Shown here: one piece after another, positions 23,526 through 31,759 of the stretch
How the letters are laid out: every line of letters begins with the position of its first letter
How positions within the stretch are numbered: the stretch's first letter is position 1
Origin: Geotalea uraniireducens Rf4
GTDB taxonomy: Bacteria > Desulfobacterota > Desulfuromonadia > Geobacterales > Geobacteraceae
Assembly (NCBI RefSeq): GCF_000016745.1
Contig: NC_009483.1
Span: forward strand, 840,001 to 872,000
DNA: 32,000 bases
Direction: 5' to 3'
Translations under genes and position numbers: made by a program
Notes under the pieces: generated by a model
Told to the model about the DNA's origin: nothing
The model's input: the letters and a program-made list of their open reading frames with translations, nothing else
The model's database searches: none

Positions 23526-25151
23526 ATGAAAACATTTTTTCAGCCGCGGAAGGTATATGTGGCAGCGTCATATATGGCGCCGGTCGGCCGCTACAACGGC
23601 AAGGAACGGGAGGCGCTCAGCTTCCTGGAACTGGCGGAAAAGGCCGGGGCGGTTTTTGCCGGCAGCCCGGTCAGGACAAGGGAAATCGAGGCGGTAGTGG
23701 TGGGGTGTCAGAACCCGGTCGCCTTTTCCGGCGTGGACAATACCGCTGCCAAGGTGGCGGGGGTGCTTGGCATCTCCGGCGCCAAATCGGTGCTGATCGA
23801 CACCGCTTCCTCTTCCGGGGCGTCGGCCTTCGAGAACGCCTACATGGAGATAGCCTCGGGGCGTTCCGATCATGTGCTGGCCATCGGCATCCAGAAGATG
23901 AGCGACGTCTCCACGTCGGATGCCACCCGGATCGTCGCCGGGGTAATCGACCGGGATGAAGCGGAATTCGGCCTCTCCATGCCTGCCTGCGGGGCCTTGG
24001 TGGCCAGGTCGCTGATGCAGCGGCTGAATCTTTCCGAAGAGGAGTGGACGGCCTATTCGGCGATGCTCACCGAGCGTGCCCACCGCTATGCGGCAAAGAA
24101 TCCCGATGCCCACCTGAATTTCGAGATACCCCTGGAGGAGTACTACCGGCAGATCGTCAACGGCAAGAACTACCGCTACTGGTGGCCGCTCCGCTACCAT
24201 GATTTCTGCCCCATGTCAGACGGCGTGGCGGCGGTAGTGCTAACCGCCCGGCCGCAGGAGGTGCTGGTGACGGGGGTGGGGAGCGCCACGGACATTCCGA
24301 CCATCGCCGACCGCAAGTATTTCCATTCATTTCCCGCCACGGTAAGGGCGGCAGCAGCGGCTTACGGCATGGCCGGGATCAGGGATATCACCGACTTCGC
24401 CGGCAGGCTCCACGTGAACATGCACGATCCCTTCAACGGTTTCGGCCCCATCAACATGGTCGATCTCGGCATCCTGCCGCGGGCAAGACTTTTGGACGGC
24501 CTGCTCGACGACAGCCTGACCGGCGAATACGGCCGCTTTCCCACCAATCTGACCGGCGGCCTGAAAGGGCGCGGCCACCCGCTCGGGGCCACCGGCATGA
24601 TCCAGGTTGTGGAAAATCACCGCCTGATAACGGAGAAGGGCTTTCAGGCCGGTCTCTCCCACTCCATCGGCGGTCCGATCAACAACAACGTGGTCATCCT
24701 CCTGGAGAAGGCGGACCATTACCGTCGCCGCCGCCACGAGCCATACAAACCGTGGGGATTGCCGTCGCTCGGCACGCTGAAGCCGAAGCAGGTTACCGTC
24801 GAGGCGCTCCTGGCCGGCGTGGATGCAGTGGAGGGGAGGTATGTCACCTCCACCACCAGGTTTGACTACAAGTCCGGTGAGCCGCTCAATACGCTGATGC
24901 TGGTTTCCTGCCGCATGGATGGGGGGCGCTATACCTTTCTCTTCGGCATCGGCGGGGAGCATTACCCGAGCATCGCCCGCCTCTCTTCAGGGGACCGGCT
25001 CAGCCTGGAACGCTCCAACGGTGGCATCCTGGTCAACCGGATGCCGGTCAAGCGCTTCTACCAGCGCACCCTCGACGGATTGATGGAGATGGCCGAATCG
25101 GGGTGGCGGATGATCAAGGGAAGGGGTGAGGTAAAATCGGCAGGAAAATAA
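23526..25151 (+). CDS. thiolase-like protein (SCP-x/archaeal type) with a C-terminal OB-fold-like extension
   Basis: 541 aa. Thiolase C-terminal loops NLTGGLKGRGHPLGATG and SHSIGG are present. At the nucleophile position the sequence reads IDTASSSGASA. About 140 additional C-terminal residues follow an RRRRHEPYKP linker. Confidence 0.8.
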   Translation: MKTFFQPRKVYVAASYMAPVGRYNGKEREALSFLELAEKAGAVFAGSPVRTREIEAVVVGCQNPVAFSGVDNTAAKVAGVLGISGAKSVLIDTASSSGASAFENAYMEIASGRSDHVLAIGIQKMSDVSTSDATRIVAGVIDRDEAEFGLSMPACGALVARSLMQRLNLSEEEWTAYSAMLTERAHRYAAKNPDAHLNFEIPLEEYYRQIVNGKNYRYWWPLRYHDFCPMSDGVAAVVLTARPQEVLVTGVGSATDIPTIADRKYFHSFPATVRAAAAAYGMAGIRDITDFAGRLHVNMHDPFNGFGPINMVDLGILPRARLLDGLLDDSLTGEYGRFPTNLTGGLKGRGHPLGATGMIQVVENHRLITEKGFQAGLSHSIGGPINNNVVILLEKADHYRRRRHEPYKPWGLPSLGTLKPKQVTVEALLAGVDAVEGRYVTSTTRFDYKSGEPLNTLMLVSCRMDGGRYTFLFGIGGEHYPSIARLSSGDRLSLERSNGGILVNRMPVKRFYQRTLDGLMEMAESGWRMIKGRGEVKSAGK

Positions 25152-25174
25152 AAATCAAAGAGCCGTTCGTCCCC

Positions 25175-25468
25175 GTGGAGCAGCACGATACGCTCCGCCA
25201 TGAGATCGTCTCCCTTCTCGATGGGCATGAGCTCTCCGCCCGGGAGATTTCAGCGGAAATCGGCATCGGCGAAAAAGAGGTTTACGGTCATCTTGAGCAT
25301 ATCCAGCTGCACAAGAGGGACCTGCACCTCCTGATCACGCCGGCCGTATGCAGGAAATGCGGGTTTGTCTTCAGGAAGAGGGAGCGTCTGAAAAAGCCGG
25401 GGAGATGCCCGGTCTGCCGCGGTGAGCTGATCAGCGAGCCGCTATTCTCCATTGAGAAATCCGGTTAG
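25175..25468 (+). CDS. small winged-HTH + zinc-ribbon protein
   Basis: 97 aa. N-terminal HTH-like segment (LSAREISAEIGIGEKEVYGHLEHI) and a C-terminal CxxC-x15-CxxC ribbon (CRKCGFVF...CPVCRG). GTG start 23 nt after the thiolase stop, with no clear SD. Confidence 0.6.
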   Translation: MEQHDTLRHEIVSLLDGHELSAREISAEIGIGEKEVYGHLEHIQLHKRDLHLLITPAVCRKCGFVFRKRERLKKPGRCPVCRGELISEPLFSIEKSG

Positions 25469-25711
25469 GCGATTTGCGCCCGTGATCGCGGCAAAGTCTG
25501 TACTTCCTGCAACGGCTATCCATGCCGTCCGATCTTCTCTTCTCATTATCAGCGCCACATTTATCAATATTTGGCAGTTGACGCCCCCCCTCCCGGCTTA
25601 TGACACGATGATTCTCTTGTCTCGTGGCCTGTAACTCCTGTTATTGCAACGCATCGCACGCTGGTGGCTTTGTCAAGGCACGGCCAGTAGCAGTTTTTCG
25701 GATTAATCGTG

Positions 25712-25741
25712 TTGACATGCTCCTGCTCATCGGTGTATTGA
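25712..25741 (+). promoter_or_regulatory. sigma70-type promoter candidate for the diguanylate cyclase gene
   Basis: Perfect -35 TTGACA (25712-25717), 18-nt spacer, TATTGA (25736-25741). If this promoter is used, the GTG at 25746 is too close to be the start. Confidence 0.4.
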
Positions 25742-25781
25742 ATCTGTGTTTCTGTTAATCGATGGATGGGGTGAGCGACCG

Positions 25782-27020
25782 GTGAAAGTCACTGTTCTCA
25801 AAAAACTGACAATCTTTGCACTGCCTGCCATGTTGCTCGTGGCGGCATACTTGTCGCTTCCTCACATTGCCGCCCTCTCTCCAGCCCAGCGCGAGCTTGC
25901 ATTGTTTTCCCCCTATCTGGTCGTCGTTGTCGGGATGTCTCTGAGTTTCGCCTTCGGCCGCGGCCGGGTTTTCTTCATCCTGCTTCTCCAAGGAATTTTT
26001 TACTGGAGTTTTCGCACCTACCTGCAAAACGGCATAAACGGCTTTGCTCCCCAGGTGGTGTTTCAGTCGCTCTGCCTGCTCCTTCCCCTCAACATCACCC
26101 TCTTCTCCTTCATACGCGAACGGGGGGTGATGACCGTCTCCGGCCGGATGCGCTTTATTTTCCTGGCTTTGCAAGCGGCAATGGTCGCCTGGATCATCAG
26201 GTACCAGCACGACTACAGCGATCTGCCGCTTTTTTTATCCGCGAAATTCCTCCACTTCCCCTTCATTTCAGATCTGACGCTTCCCCAGCCAGCTTTGCTC
26301 CTGATAGTTGCGGGCATTCTCCTCATCTTTATCCGTGCGTTCACCAGGCAATCCCCCATCGACAGCGGCCTCCTCGGCTCTCTGGTTGCCGTTGCCGTTG
26401 CCTGCAACTGGTTGGCGAGCACGGATGTCCCCCTTGTTTTCATCTCCGCAGCCGCATTGATACTCTCCGTAAGCGTCCTCCAGGACTCCCACAACATGGC
26501 TTATCGCGACGATCTGACCGGGTTGCCGTCGCGGCGCGCCCTGAACGAGCAGATGTTGGGCGTGGGGAGGCAATATGTGATCGCCATGCTCGACGTCGAT
26601 CATTTCAAGAGCTTCAACGATAGTTACGGTCACGATGTGGGGGACCAGGTGTTGAAGATGGTGGCGAAGAAGATGGCGGCGGTCAAGGGGGGAGGCAAGG
26701 CATACCGTTACGGCGGCGAGGAATTCACCATCCTCATGCCGCGCAAAAAGATGGCCGAGGCCATTCCCTTTCTGGAAGAGGTGCGAAAGAACATCGCCAC
26801 TTATCAGCTTGTGCTGCGAGGCAACGACCGCCCCAAAGAAGCGAAAGAGGGGAAAAAGCTGCGCGCCTCCGAACGTGGCGACAAGTCCGTGTCGGTGACC
26901 ATCAGCATCGGCGTTGCCGAGAGCAGCGATAGCCTGAGAAGCGCCGAAGAGGTACTCAAGGCGGCGGACAAGGCCCTCTACCGGGCAAAGAGCAAGGGAC
27001 GAAACCAGCTGAGTAAATAA
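25782..27020 (+). CDS. membrane-anchored diguanylate cyclase (multi-TM N-terminal domain + GGDEF)
   Basis: About 6-7 TM segments, then a GGDEF domain (DDLTGLPSRRAL, DVDHFKSFND, active-site RYGGEEF). The GTG at 25782 has GGGGTGAG 6 nt upstream. The longest ORF starts at GTG 25746. Confidence 0.85.
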   Translation: MKVTVLKKLTIFALPAMLLVAAYLSLPHIAALSPAQRELALFSPYLVVVVGMSLSFAFGRGRVFFILLLQGIFYWSFRTYLQNGINGFAPQVVFQSLCLLLPLNITLFSFIRERGVMTVSGRMRFIFLALQAAMVAWIIRYQHDYSDLPLFLSAKFLHFPFISDLTLPQPALLLIVAGILLIFIRAFTRQSPIDSGLLGSLVAVAVACNWLASTDVPLVFISAAALILSVSVLQDSHNMAYRDDLTGLPSRRALNEQMLGVGRQYVIAMLDVDHFKSFNDSYGHDVGDQVLKMVAKKMAAVKGGGKAYRYGGEEFTILMPRKKMAEAIPFLEEVRKNIATYQLVLRGNDRPKEAKEGKKLRASERGDKSVSVTISIGVAESSDSLRSAEEVLKAADKALYRAKSKGRNQLSK

Positions 27021-27228
27021 ACATAAGTATTAGGTCTTTTTATTGATTTTGCTGCCGCCACGTGCGAAGATGCAGCCGCTGAATTTTTTCATGGAGTGGT
27101 GCTAGTTCAGACATGCAAATCCAGGCCTTTAAAGCTACCGCGAAGCGGATTGGTTCAACTAATTTTTTAAGCGGAAAGTTGTCTTTTGGACCTGTATTTT
27201 TGTCGCATCTTCCAATAAAGAGCATGCC

Positions 27229-29163
27229 ATGTTTACCGTAAGAGTCATTCCCGCTTTTTTCCTCTATTTCCTTTTTCTCTGCACAGCTCTTCCTTGTGCA
27301 GCGGCTTCCCCCCCTCTCGTCCTCCACGAAACAACCGTATCCTCCCGGCTGTCCGGGCATATCGACATACTCGAAGACAAAACAGGAAAATTGACGATCA
27401 ACGAGGTGAGTTCTCCCGAAGCGGACAGGCTGTTCAAGCCGCCTGTCGAAAGTAGAGGGTTTGCGAAAAGAGTCTACTGGATCAGGTTTACCATCGAAAA
27501 TAAAGCGGAAGCGGGAAAACGCTGGCTGCTCGAATTGAGTGCTCCGAATATAGGTTATCTCGACCTCTACGTTCCGACTGCACGGGGCGGCTTCGATCTC
27601 ATGCAGGCCGGCGCCATGCGGCCGATGAGCATACGGACGTTCCAGCACAGGAATCCGGTCTTCCCTGTTGTCATTTACGGTCAGGGTAAAACCTTTTATC
27701 TGCGAGGCGATGGCAATAGAAGTGCGCTATTGTCTTTAACGGTTTGGTCACCTGAGGCTTTCACCCGCATGGACCACCGGAGAGACCTGATTGCAGGTTG
27801 CTACTTCGGGGCCATGATGGTGATGGTCGCCTACAACCTGTTTATTTTCTTCTCCCTGCGCGACAGGAACTATCTTTACTATATCATCGATATCTTCTGC
27901 TTCGCTCTGTACGTGTTCTTCGCCAAGGGGTTTCTGGTAGAGTTCATCAGCGCGGAGATGGTGTGGGTCTTCAACTATACCCTTATCCTCGCCCTGCTGC
28001 CGATGCTCACCGGGCTGGCATTTTGCCGGAACTTTCTCGCGACGGCACGCAATGCTCCCCTCATCGACCGTATTCTGAAGTTATTCATGCTTGTAGTTGT
28101 CCTGTTCGTGCTCGCACTATTTATTGTGCCTCAGGAGGGGATGGTACGTGCCTTGACCATTATCGCGCCCTGCATGTCTTTAGTTATCCTGACTGCGGGA
28201 GTAATCTGCCTTCGCAGAGGGTATCATCCGGCCCGCTATTTTATCGCCGCACGCATCTTTCGCTTTTTCGGTCTGATCACGTTTATGCTCGCCATAAATA
28301 ATATCCTTCCCTGGAATTTACTGACTATGTCCAGCTTGCAGTTGGGGTCAATTCTCGAGGTGCTGTTCCTCTCCTTTGCCCTGGCCGACCGTATCAATGT
28401 GATGCGGCGCGAAAAGGAAGAGGCGCAGGCGGACGCGATCAGATCGAGCCACCTGGCTTCGCTTGGCGAGCTTGCGGCCGGCGTGGCGCATGAAATCAAT
28501 ACACCGGTGAATACCATTATCAATTCGGCGGATCTTATTCTTGAGAGTGACGACCGGACGGCTACCGAACACGATGCCGCAGTGATAAAAAAACATGGCA
28601 GACGGATTGCGATCATCGTCAGCAGCCTGCTCTTCTTTGCCCGCCGTCCGGCGCTGGAAAAGACGCCGTTTGCTGTGGCCGCGCTGCTGCACGGGACGCT
28701 GGATATGATCGGGGCCAGACTCCGTCAGGAGAATATAGCCATAACCGAGCAGATCCCTCCGGACTTGGCCGAAGTGCTGGTGCATCCGCAGCAGATCGAG
28801 CAGGTGTTTCTCAATATCCTGATCAACGCCATGCATGCCCTTGACGAGAAACATGGAGGGGGGTATGACGGCAAACGCCTCGAAATATCCGCCTCGGAGC
28901 TGTTCATTAATGGCCGACCATTCGTGCGGATCACCTTCCATGACAATGGCATCGGCATACCGCCGGAGCTGCTGAACCGGGTCACGGAATCATTCGTCAC
29001 CACCAAACAGACCGGCAACGGGCTGGGCTTAAGCATCTGCCGGCAGATTATCGCCGACCATGGCGGCTTCCTGCGGATAGAGAGTCGGGTAGGGGAGTAC
29101 GCCACGGTGAGCGTGGATTTACCGGCGGTGGAACGGCAAATCCCCCCTGCCCCCCTTTCATAA
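27229..29163 (+). CDS. 7TMR-DISM sensor histidine kinase
   Basis: Signal peptide, a periplasmic 7TMR-DISMED2-like domain (IDILEDKTGKLTINEV...RVYWIRFTIEN), seven TM helices, HisKA (LGELAAGVAHEINTP) and HATPase (GNGLGLSICRQIIADHGG). Confidence 0.85.
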   Translation: MFTVRVIPAFFLYFLFLCTALPCAAASPPLVLHETTVSSRLSGHIDILEDKTGKLTINEVSSPEADRLFKPPVESRGFAKRVYWIRFTIENKAEAGKRWLLELSAPNIGYLDLYVPTARGGFDLMQAGAMRPMSIRTFQHRNPVFPVVIYGQGKTFYLRGDGNRSALLSLTVWSPEAFTRMDHRRDLIAGCYFGAMMVMVAYNLFIFFSLRDRNYLYYIIDIFCFALYVFFAKGFLVEFISAEMVWVFNYTLILALLPMLTGLAFCRNFLATARNAPLIDRILKLFMLVVVLFVLALFIVPQEGMVRALTIIAPCMSLVILTAGVICLRRGYHPARYFIAARIFRFFGLITFMLAINNILPWNLLTMSSLQLGSILEVLFLSFALADRINVMRREKEEAQADAIRSSHLASLGELAAGVAHEINTPVNTIINSADLILESDDRTATEHDAAVIKKHGRRIAIIVSSLLFFARRPALEKTPFAVAALLHGTLDMIGARLRQENIAITEQIPPDLAEVLVHPQQIEQVFLNILINAMHALDEKHGGGYDGKRLEISASELFINGRPFVRITFHDNGIGIPPELLNRVTESFVTTKQTGNGLGLSICRQIIADHGGFLRIESRVGEYATVSVDLPAVERQIPPAPLS

Positions 29164-29224
29164 AGGGGGGGTAAAAAACCTCCTCGAAAGAATTGTGAAA
29201 AGCCTCCCCCTTTATGAAAGGGGG
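29150..29224. repeat. pair of mutually reverse-complementary G5/C5 palindromes flanking the HK-RR intergenic region
   Basis: CCCCCCTTT-CAT-AAAGGGGGG (29150-29170, spanning the HK stop codon) and CCCCCTTT-ATG-AAAGGGGG (29206-29224). Each can form its own hairpin, or the two can pair with each other. Confidence 0.7.
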
Positions 29225-29277
29225 ATTGAGGGGGATTTAGATTTTAGTTGCCAACTCCAAAAAAACAGGAATCGAAT

Positions 29278-29961
29278 ATGACCACACGCATACTCATCAT
29301 CGAAGACGAACAGGATCTTGCCGTCACTTTTCAGCGTTTTCTCCGCGGAGCAGGCTATGCGGTCGATTTGGCGGACGATTATGCCGGTGGCAGAGAACTG
29401 TTGACCAGCGGCGGCTACGGCGCTGTGTTCCTCGACATAAATCTGCGCGGCAGGCTGACCGGTATGGATTTGCTGCGGGAGGCACGGGAGATCAACATAG
29501 ACACTCCGGTGGTGATTATTACCGGTTCCCCCGAGGTGGCGACCGCGGCCGAAGCGGTGCGTAACGCCGCCTTCGACTATCTGTGCAAGCCGATCGAAAA
29601 AGAACAGTTGCTCAAGAGCGCAGCCGCCGCGCTTGAACACAAAGCCGCCACCGATGAAAAACGGCGCTATCAGCAGCAGTTGGAGTCGGTTGTCAACAAC
29701 ATGAGAAACGCGCTGGCCGCCGTCGATGTTGCCCTGCCGTCGCCCGCAGGGCGGACTCAGGAATCTTCACTGGATGCCCTCAGCGAGCGGGAACGCCAGA
29801 TTGTCTCCCTGCTGGGGCAGGGGGAAACCAATATCGATATGGCCGCCGCCTTCGGCATCAGCGTCAGGACGGTGGAATCCTACCTTGGCCGGATCATCGA
29901 AAAACTGGGGCTTGACGGCATGAAAGAACTCCGCCGCCTGGCTATCCGGATCAAACAGTAG
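29278..29961 (+). CDS. NarL/FixJ-type response regulator (REC + LuxR HTH)
   Basis: REC domain (ILIIEDE, phospho-Asp in VFLDINL, conserved K in LCKPI). C-terminal LuxR HTH (LSERERQIVSLLGQGETNIDMAAAFGISVRTVESYLGRI). The ATG at 29278 is preferred over the TTG at 29248. Confidence 0.85.
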   Translation: MTTRILIIEDEQDLAVTFQRFLRGAGYAVDLADDYAGGRELLTSGGYGAVFLDINLRGRLTGMDLLREAREINIDTPVVIITGSPEVATAAEAVRNAAFDYLCKPIEKEQLLKSAAAALEHKAATDEKRRYQQQLESVVNNMRNALAAVDVALPSPAGRTQESSLDALSERERQIVSLLGQGETNIDMAAAFGISVRTVESYLGRIIEKLGLDGMKELRRLAIRIKQ

Positions 29962-30070
29962 TAGTTATACTTCCCCCGTTTCACCACCTCTGACCGCAAA
30001 TTCCCCCACAAAAATACTGTAAATCCCCCTGCATACACGCTGTTCATCCTCTTGTATATTATACACAATT

Positions 30071-30086
30071 AAGCTTGTTCAAGCTT
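30071..30086. promoter_or_regulatory. 16-bp perfect palindrome AAGCTTG-TT-CAAGCTT upstream of the repeat lipoprotein gene
   Basis: Lies 51 nt upstream of the ATG at 30137, next to an AT-rich imperfect palindrome TTGTATATTATACACAA. It has the size and shape expected of a LuxR-type regulator site. Confidence 0.25.
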
Positions 30087-30136
30087 CTCTGCGAATACAT
30101 CACTCGATACATAAAGATATCCGATTGGAGGGTTTC

Positions 30137-31747
30137 ATGAAAAACGTCGTACTTTTATTTTGTCTTTTCTGTCTGACCGCCTGCGGCGGCAGCAGCACCA
30201 GTGTCGGTAACGGTTCCCGTACCGTCTCCGGCACGGTCACGGCAAACGGCGCGGCCCTGTCCGGAGCCACCATAACATTTAGCGGCACTGCATCCGGCAC
30301 CGCAACCACCGGTTCAGACGGCGCCTACAGCTTTACCGGCGTCAATAACGGCACCTATCAGGTAACCGCCGCAAAAGCGGGCTATGTCGTTACTCCGGCC
30401 AGTCTTTCGACGTCAGTCACAAATACTGATGTTACCGGGCAAAACTTCACCGCCATACCGGCAAACTACACCATATCCGGCAGCGTGACCTTTGCCGGTA
30501 TTGCGCTCGAAGGGGCCACCGTAACACTGAACGGCACCTCCCTGTCCGGCACCTCATCCACCACCGCCACCACGGACGCAAACGGAACGTACAACTTCTC
30601 CGTTTCTGACGGCAGTTATACCATCACCGCCGTAAAAACAGGCTATGTCCTTACCCCGGCCTCCCTTGCAGTGGCAGTTGATAATGCCGATGTCACCGGC
30701 CAGAACTTCATAGCCGCTTCCGCGAGCTACACCATCTCCGGCACCCTGACATCGGGCGGCGCCGCCTTGTCGGGCGCAACCGTCACGCTCTCCGGAACAA
30801 GTGCAGCAACCACAACCACCGATACAAGCGGCAATTACAGCTTCAGCGTACATAATGGCAGCTACACCGTAACCCCGTCAATGACCGGATACAATTTTAC
30901 GCCAGCCAATCGTGCGGTAACGGTAAACAACGTCGATGCCACCGGCCAGAACTTCACTGCCGCCGATGCAACCTACACGCTCTCCGGCACCATAACCGTC
31001 GGCAGTGCGGCCCTGTCCGGCGTCACCGTAACATTGTCCGGATCAGGCAGCGGCACAACCACCACCGACGCAAGCGGCAACTATAGCTTTACTGTACTAC
31101 ATAACGCCAGCTACACCGTAACCCCGACAAAAATCGGCTATGGTTTCACCCCTGCCACCCAATCCGTAACCGTTGCCAATGCCGACGTTACCGGCAAAAA
31201 CTTTACCGCAACAGCAACATCGTCACCCACCTACTCAATTTCCGGCCTGGTGACCCTGAACGGCGCCGCTCTTTCCGGCGTCACCATCAGCGCCACCGGG
31301 GCGACTCCGGTCGTAACCGACGGAAATGGCGCGTACACCATCAGCGGCCTTGCCAGCGGCAGCTACACGGTGACCGCGGCCAAGACCGGCTATACCCTGT
31401 CGGCCGGCCAGTCCGTCACCATAAGCAGCGCCAACGTAACCGGCACGAATTTTACCGCAACAGCGCTGCCGTCACCTACCTACTCAATTTCCGGCCTGGT
31501 GACCCTGAACGGTTCCGGTCTCGCCGGTGTCGCGGTGGCGCTCACCGGTAGCGGCGCCGCAAACACCACGACCGATGCAACCGGCGCATACACCTTTGCC
31601 GGGGCGCAAAACGGCAGCCATACGGTCACTCCGACACTGAGCGGGTATCTGTTCACTCCGGCCAGCGCCTCTGTAACTGTCAGCGGCGCTGACTCGACCG
31701 GCAACAATTTCACGGCAGCCACCGGCACTGTAACAGTCACTTGGTAA
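30137..31747 (+). CDS. lipoprotein composed of six tandem carboxypeptidase-regulatory-like (CarboxypepD_reg / Ig-like beta-sandwich) repeats
   Basis: GGAGGG RBS followed by ATG at 30137. Lipobox LTAC in MKNVVLLFCLFCLTACGG. Six repeats of about 80-85 aa follow the pattern 'YTISG.VT..GAALSGATVTLSG....TTTD.SGNYSF.V.NGSYTVTP...GY.FTP....VTV.NADVTGQNFTA'. Confidence 0.85.
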   Translation: MKNVVLLFCLFCLTACGGSSTSVGNGSRTVSGTVTANGAALSGATITFSGTASGTATTGSDGAYSFTGVNNGTYQVTAAKAGYVVTPASLSTSVTNTDVTGQNFTAIPANYTISGSVTFAGIALEGATVTLNGTSLSGTSSTTATTDANGTYNFSVSDGSYTITAVKTGYVLTPASLAVAVDNADVTGQNFIAASASYTISGTLTSGGAALSGATVTLSGTSAATTTTDTSGNYSFSVHNGSYTVTPSMTGYNFTPANRAVTVNNVDATGQNFTAADATYTLSGTITVGSAALSGVTVTLSGSGSGTTTTDASGNYSFTVLHNASYTVTPTKIGYGFTPATQSVTVANADVTGKNFTATATSSPTYSISGLVTLNGAALSGVTISATGATPVVTDGNGAYTISGLASGSYTVTAAKTGYTLSAGQSVTISSANVTGTNFTATALPSPTYSISGLVTLNGSGLAGVAVALTGSGAANTTTDATGAYTFAGAQNGSHTVTPTLSGYLFTPASASVTVSGADSTGNNFTAATGTVTVTW

Positions 31748-31759
31748 GGGGATAACGAC

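Noticed and set aside
23568-24962. Minus-strand ORFs of 210 and 211 aa inside the thiolase-like gene
   Set aside because: They are Arg/Pro/Gly-rich antisense shadows. The plus-strand frame carries the thiolase loops.
27040-27648. 202-aa minus-strand ORF overlapping the start of the histidine kinase
   Set aside because: The kinase N-terminus (signal peptide plus 7TMR-DISMED2-like domain) is coherent on the plus strand. The minus ORF has no RBS or motif.
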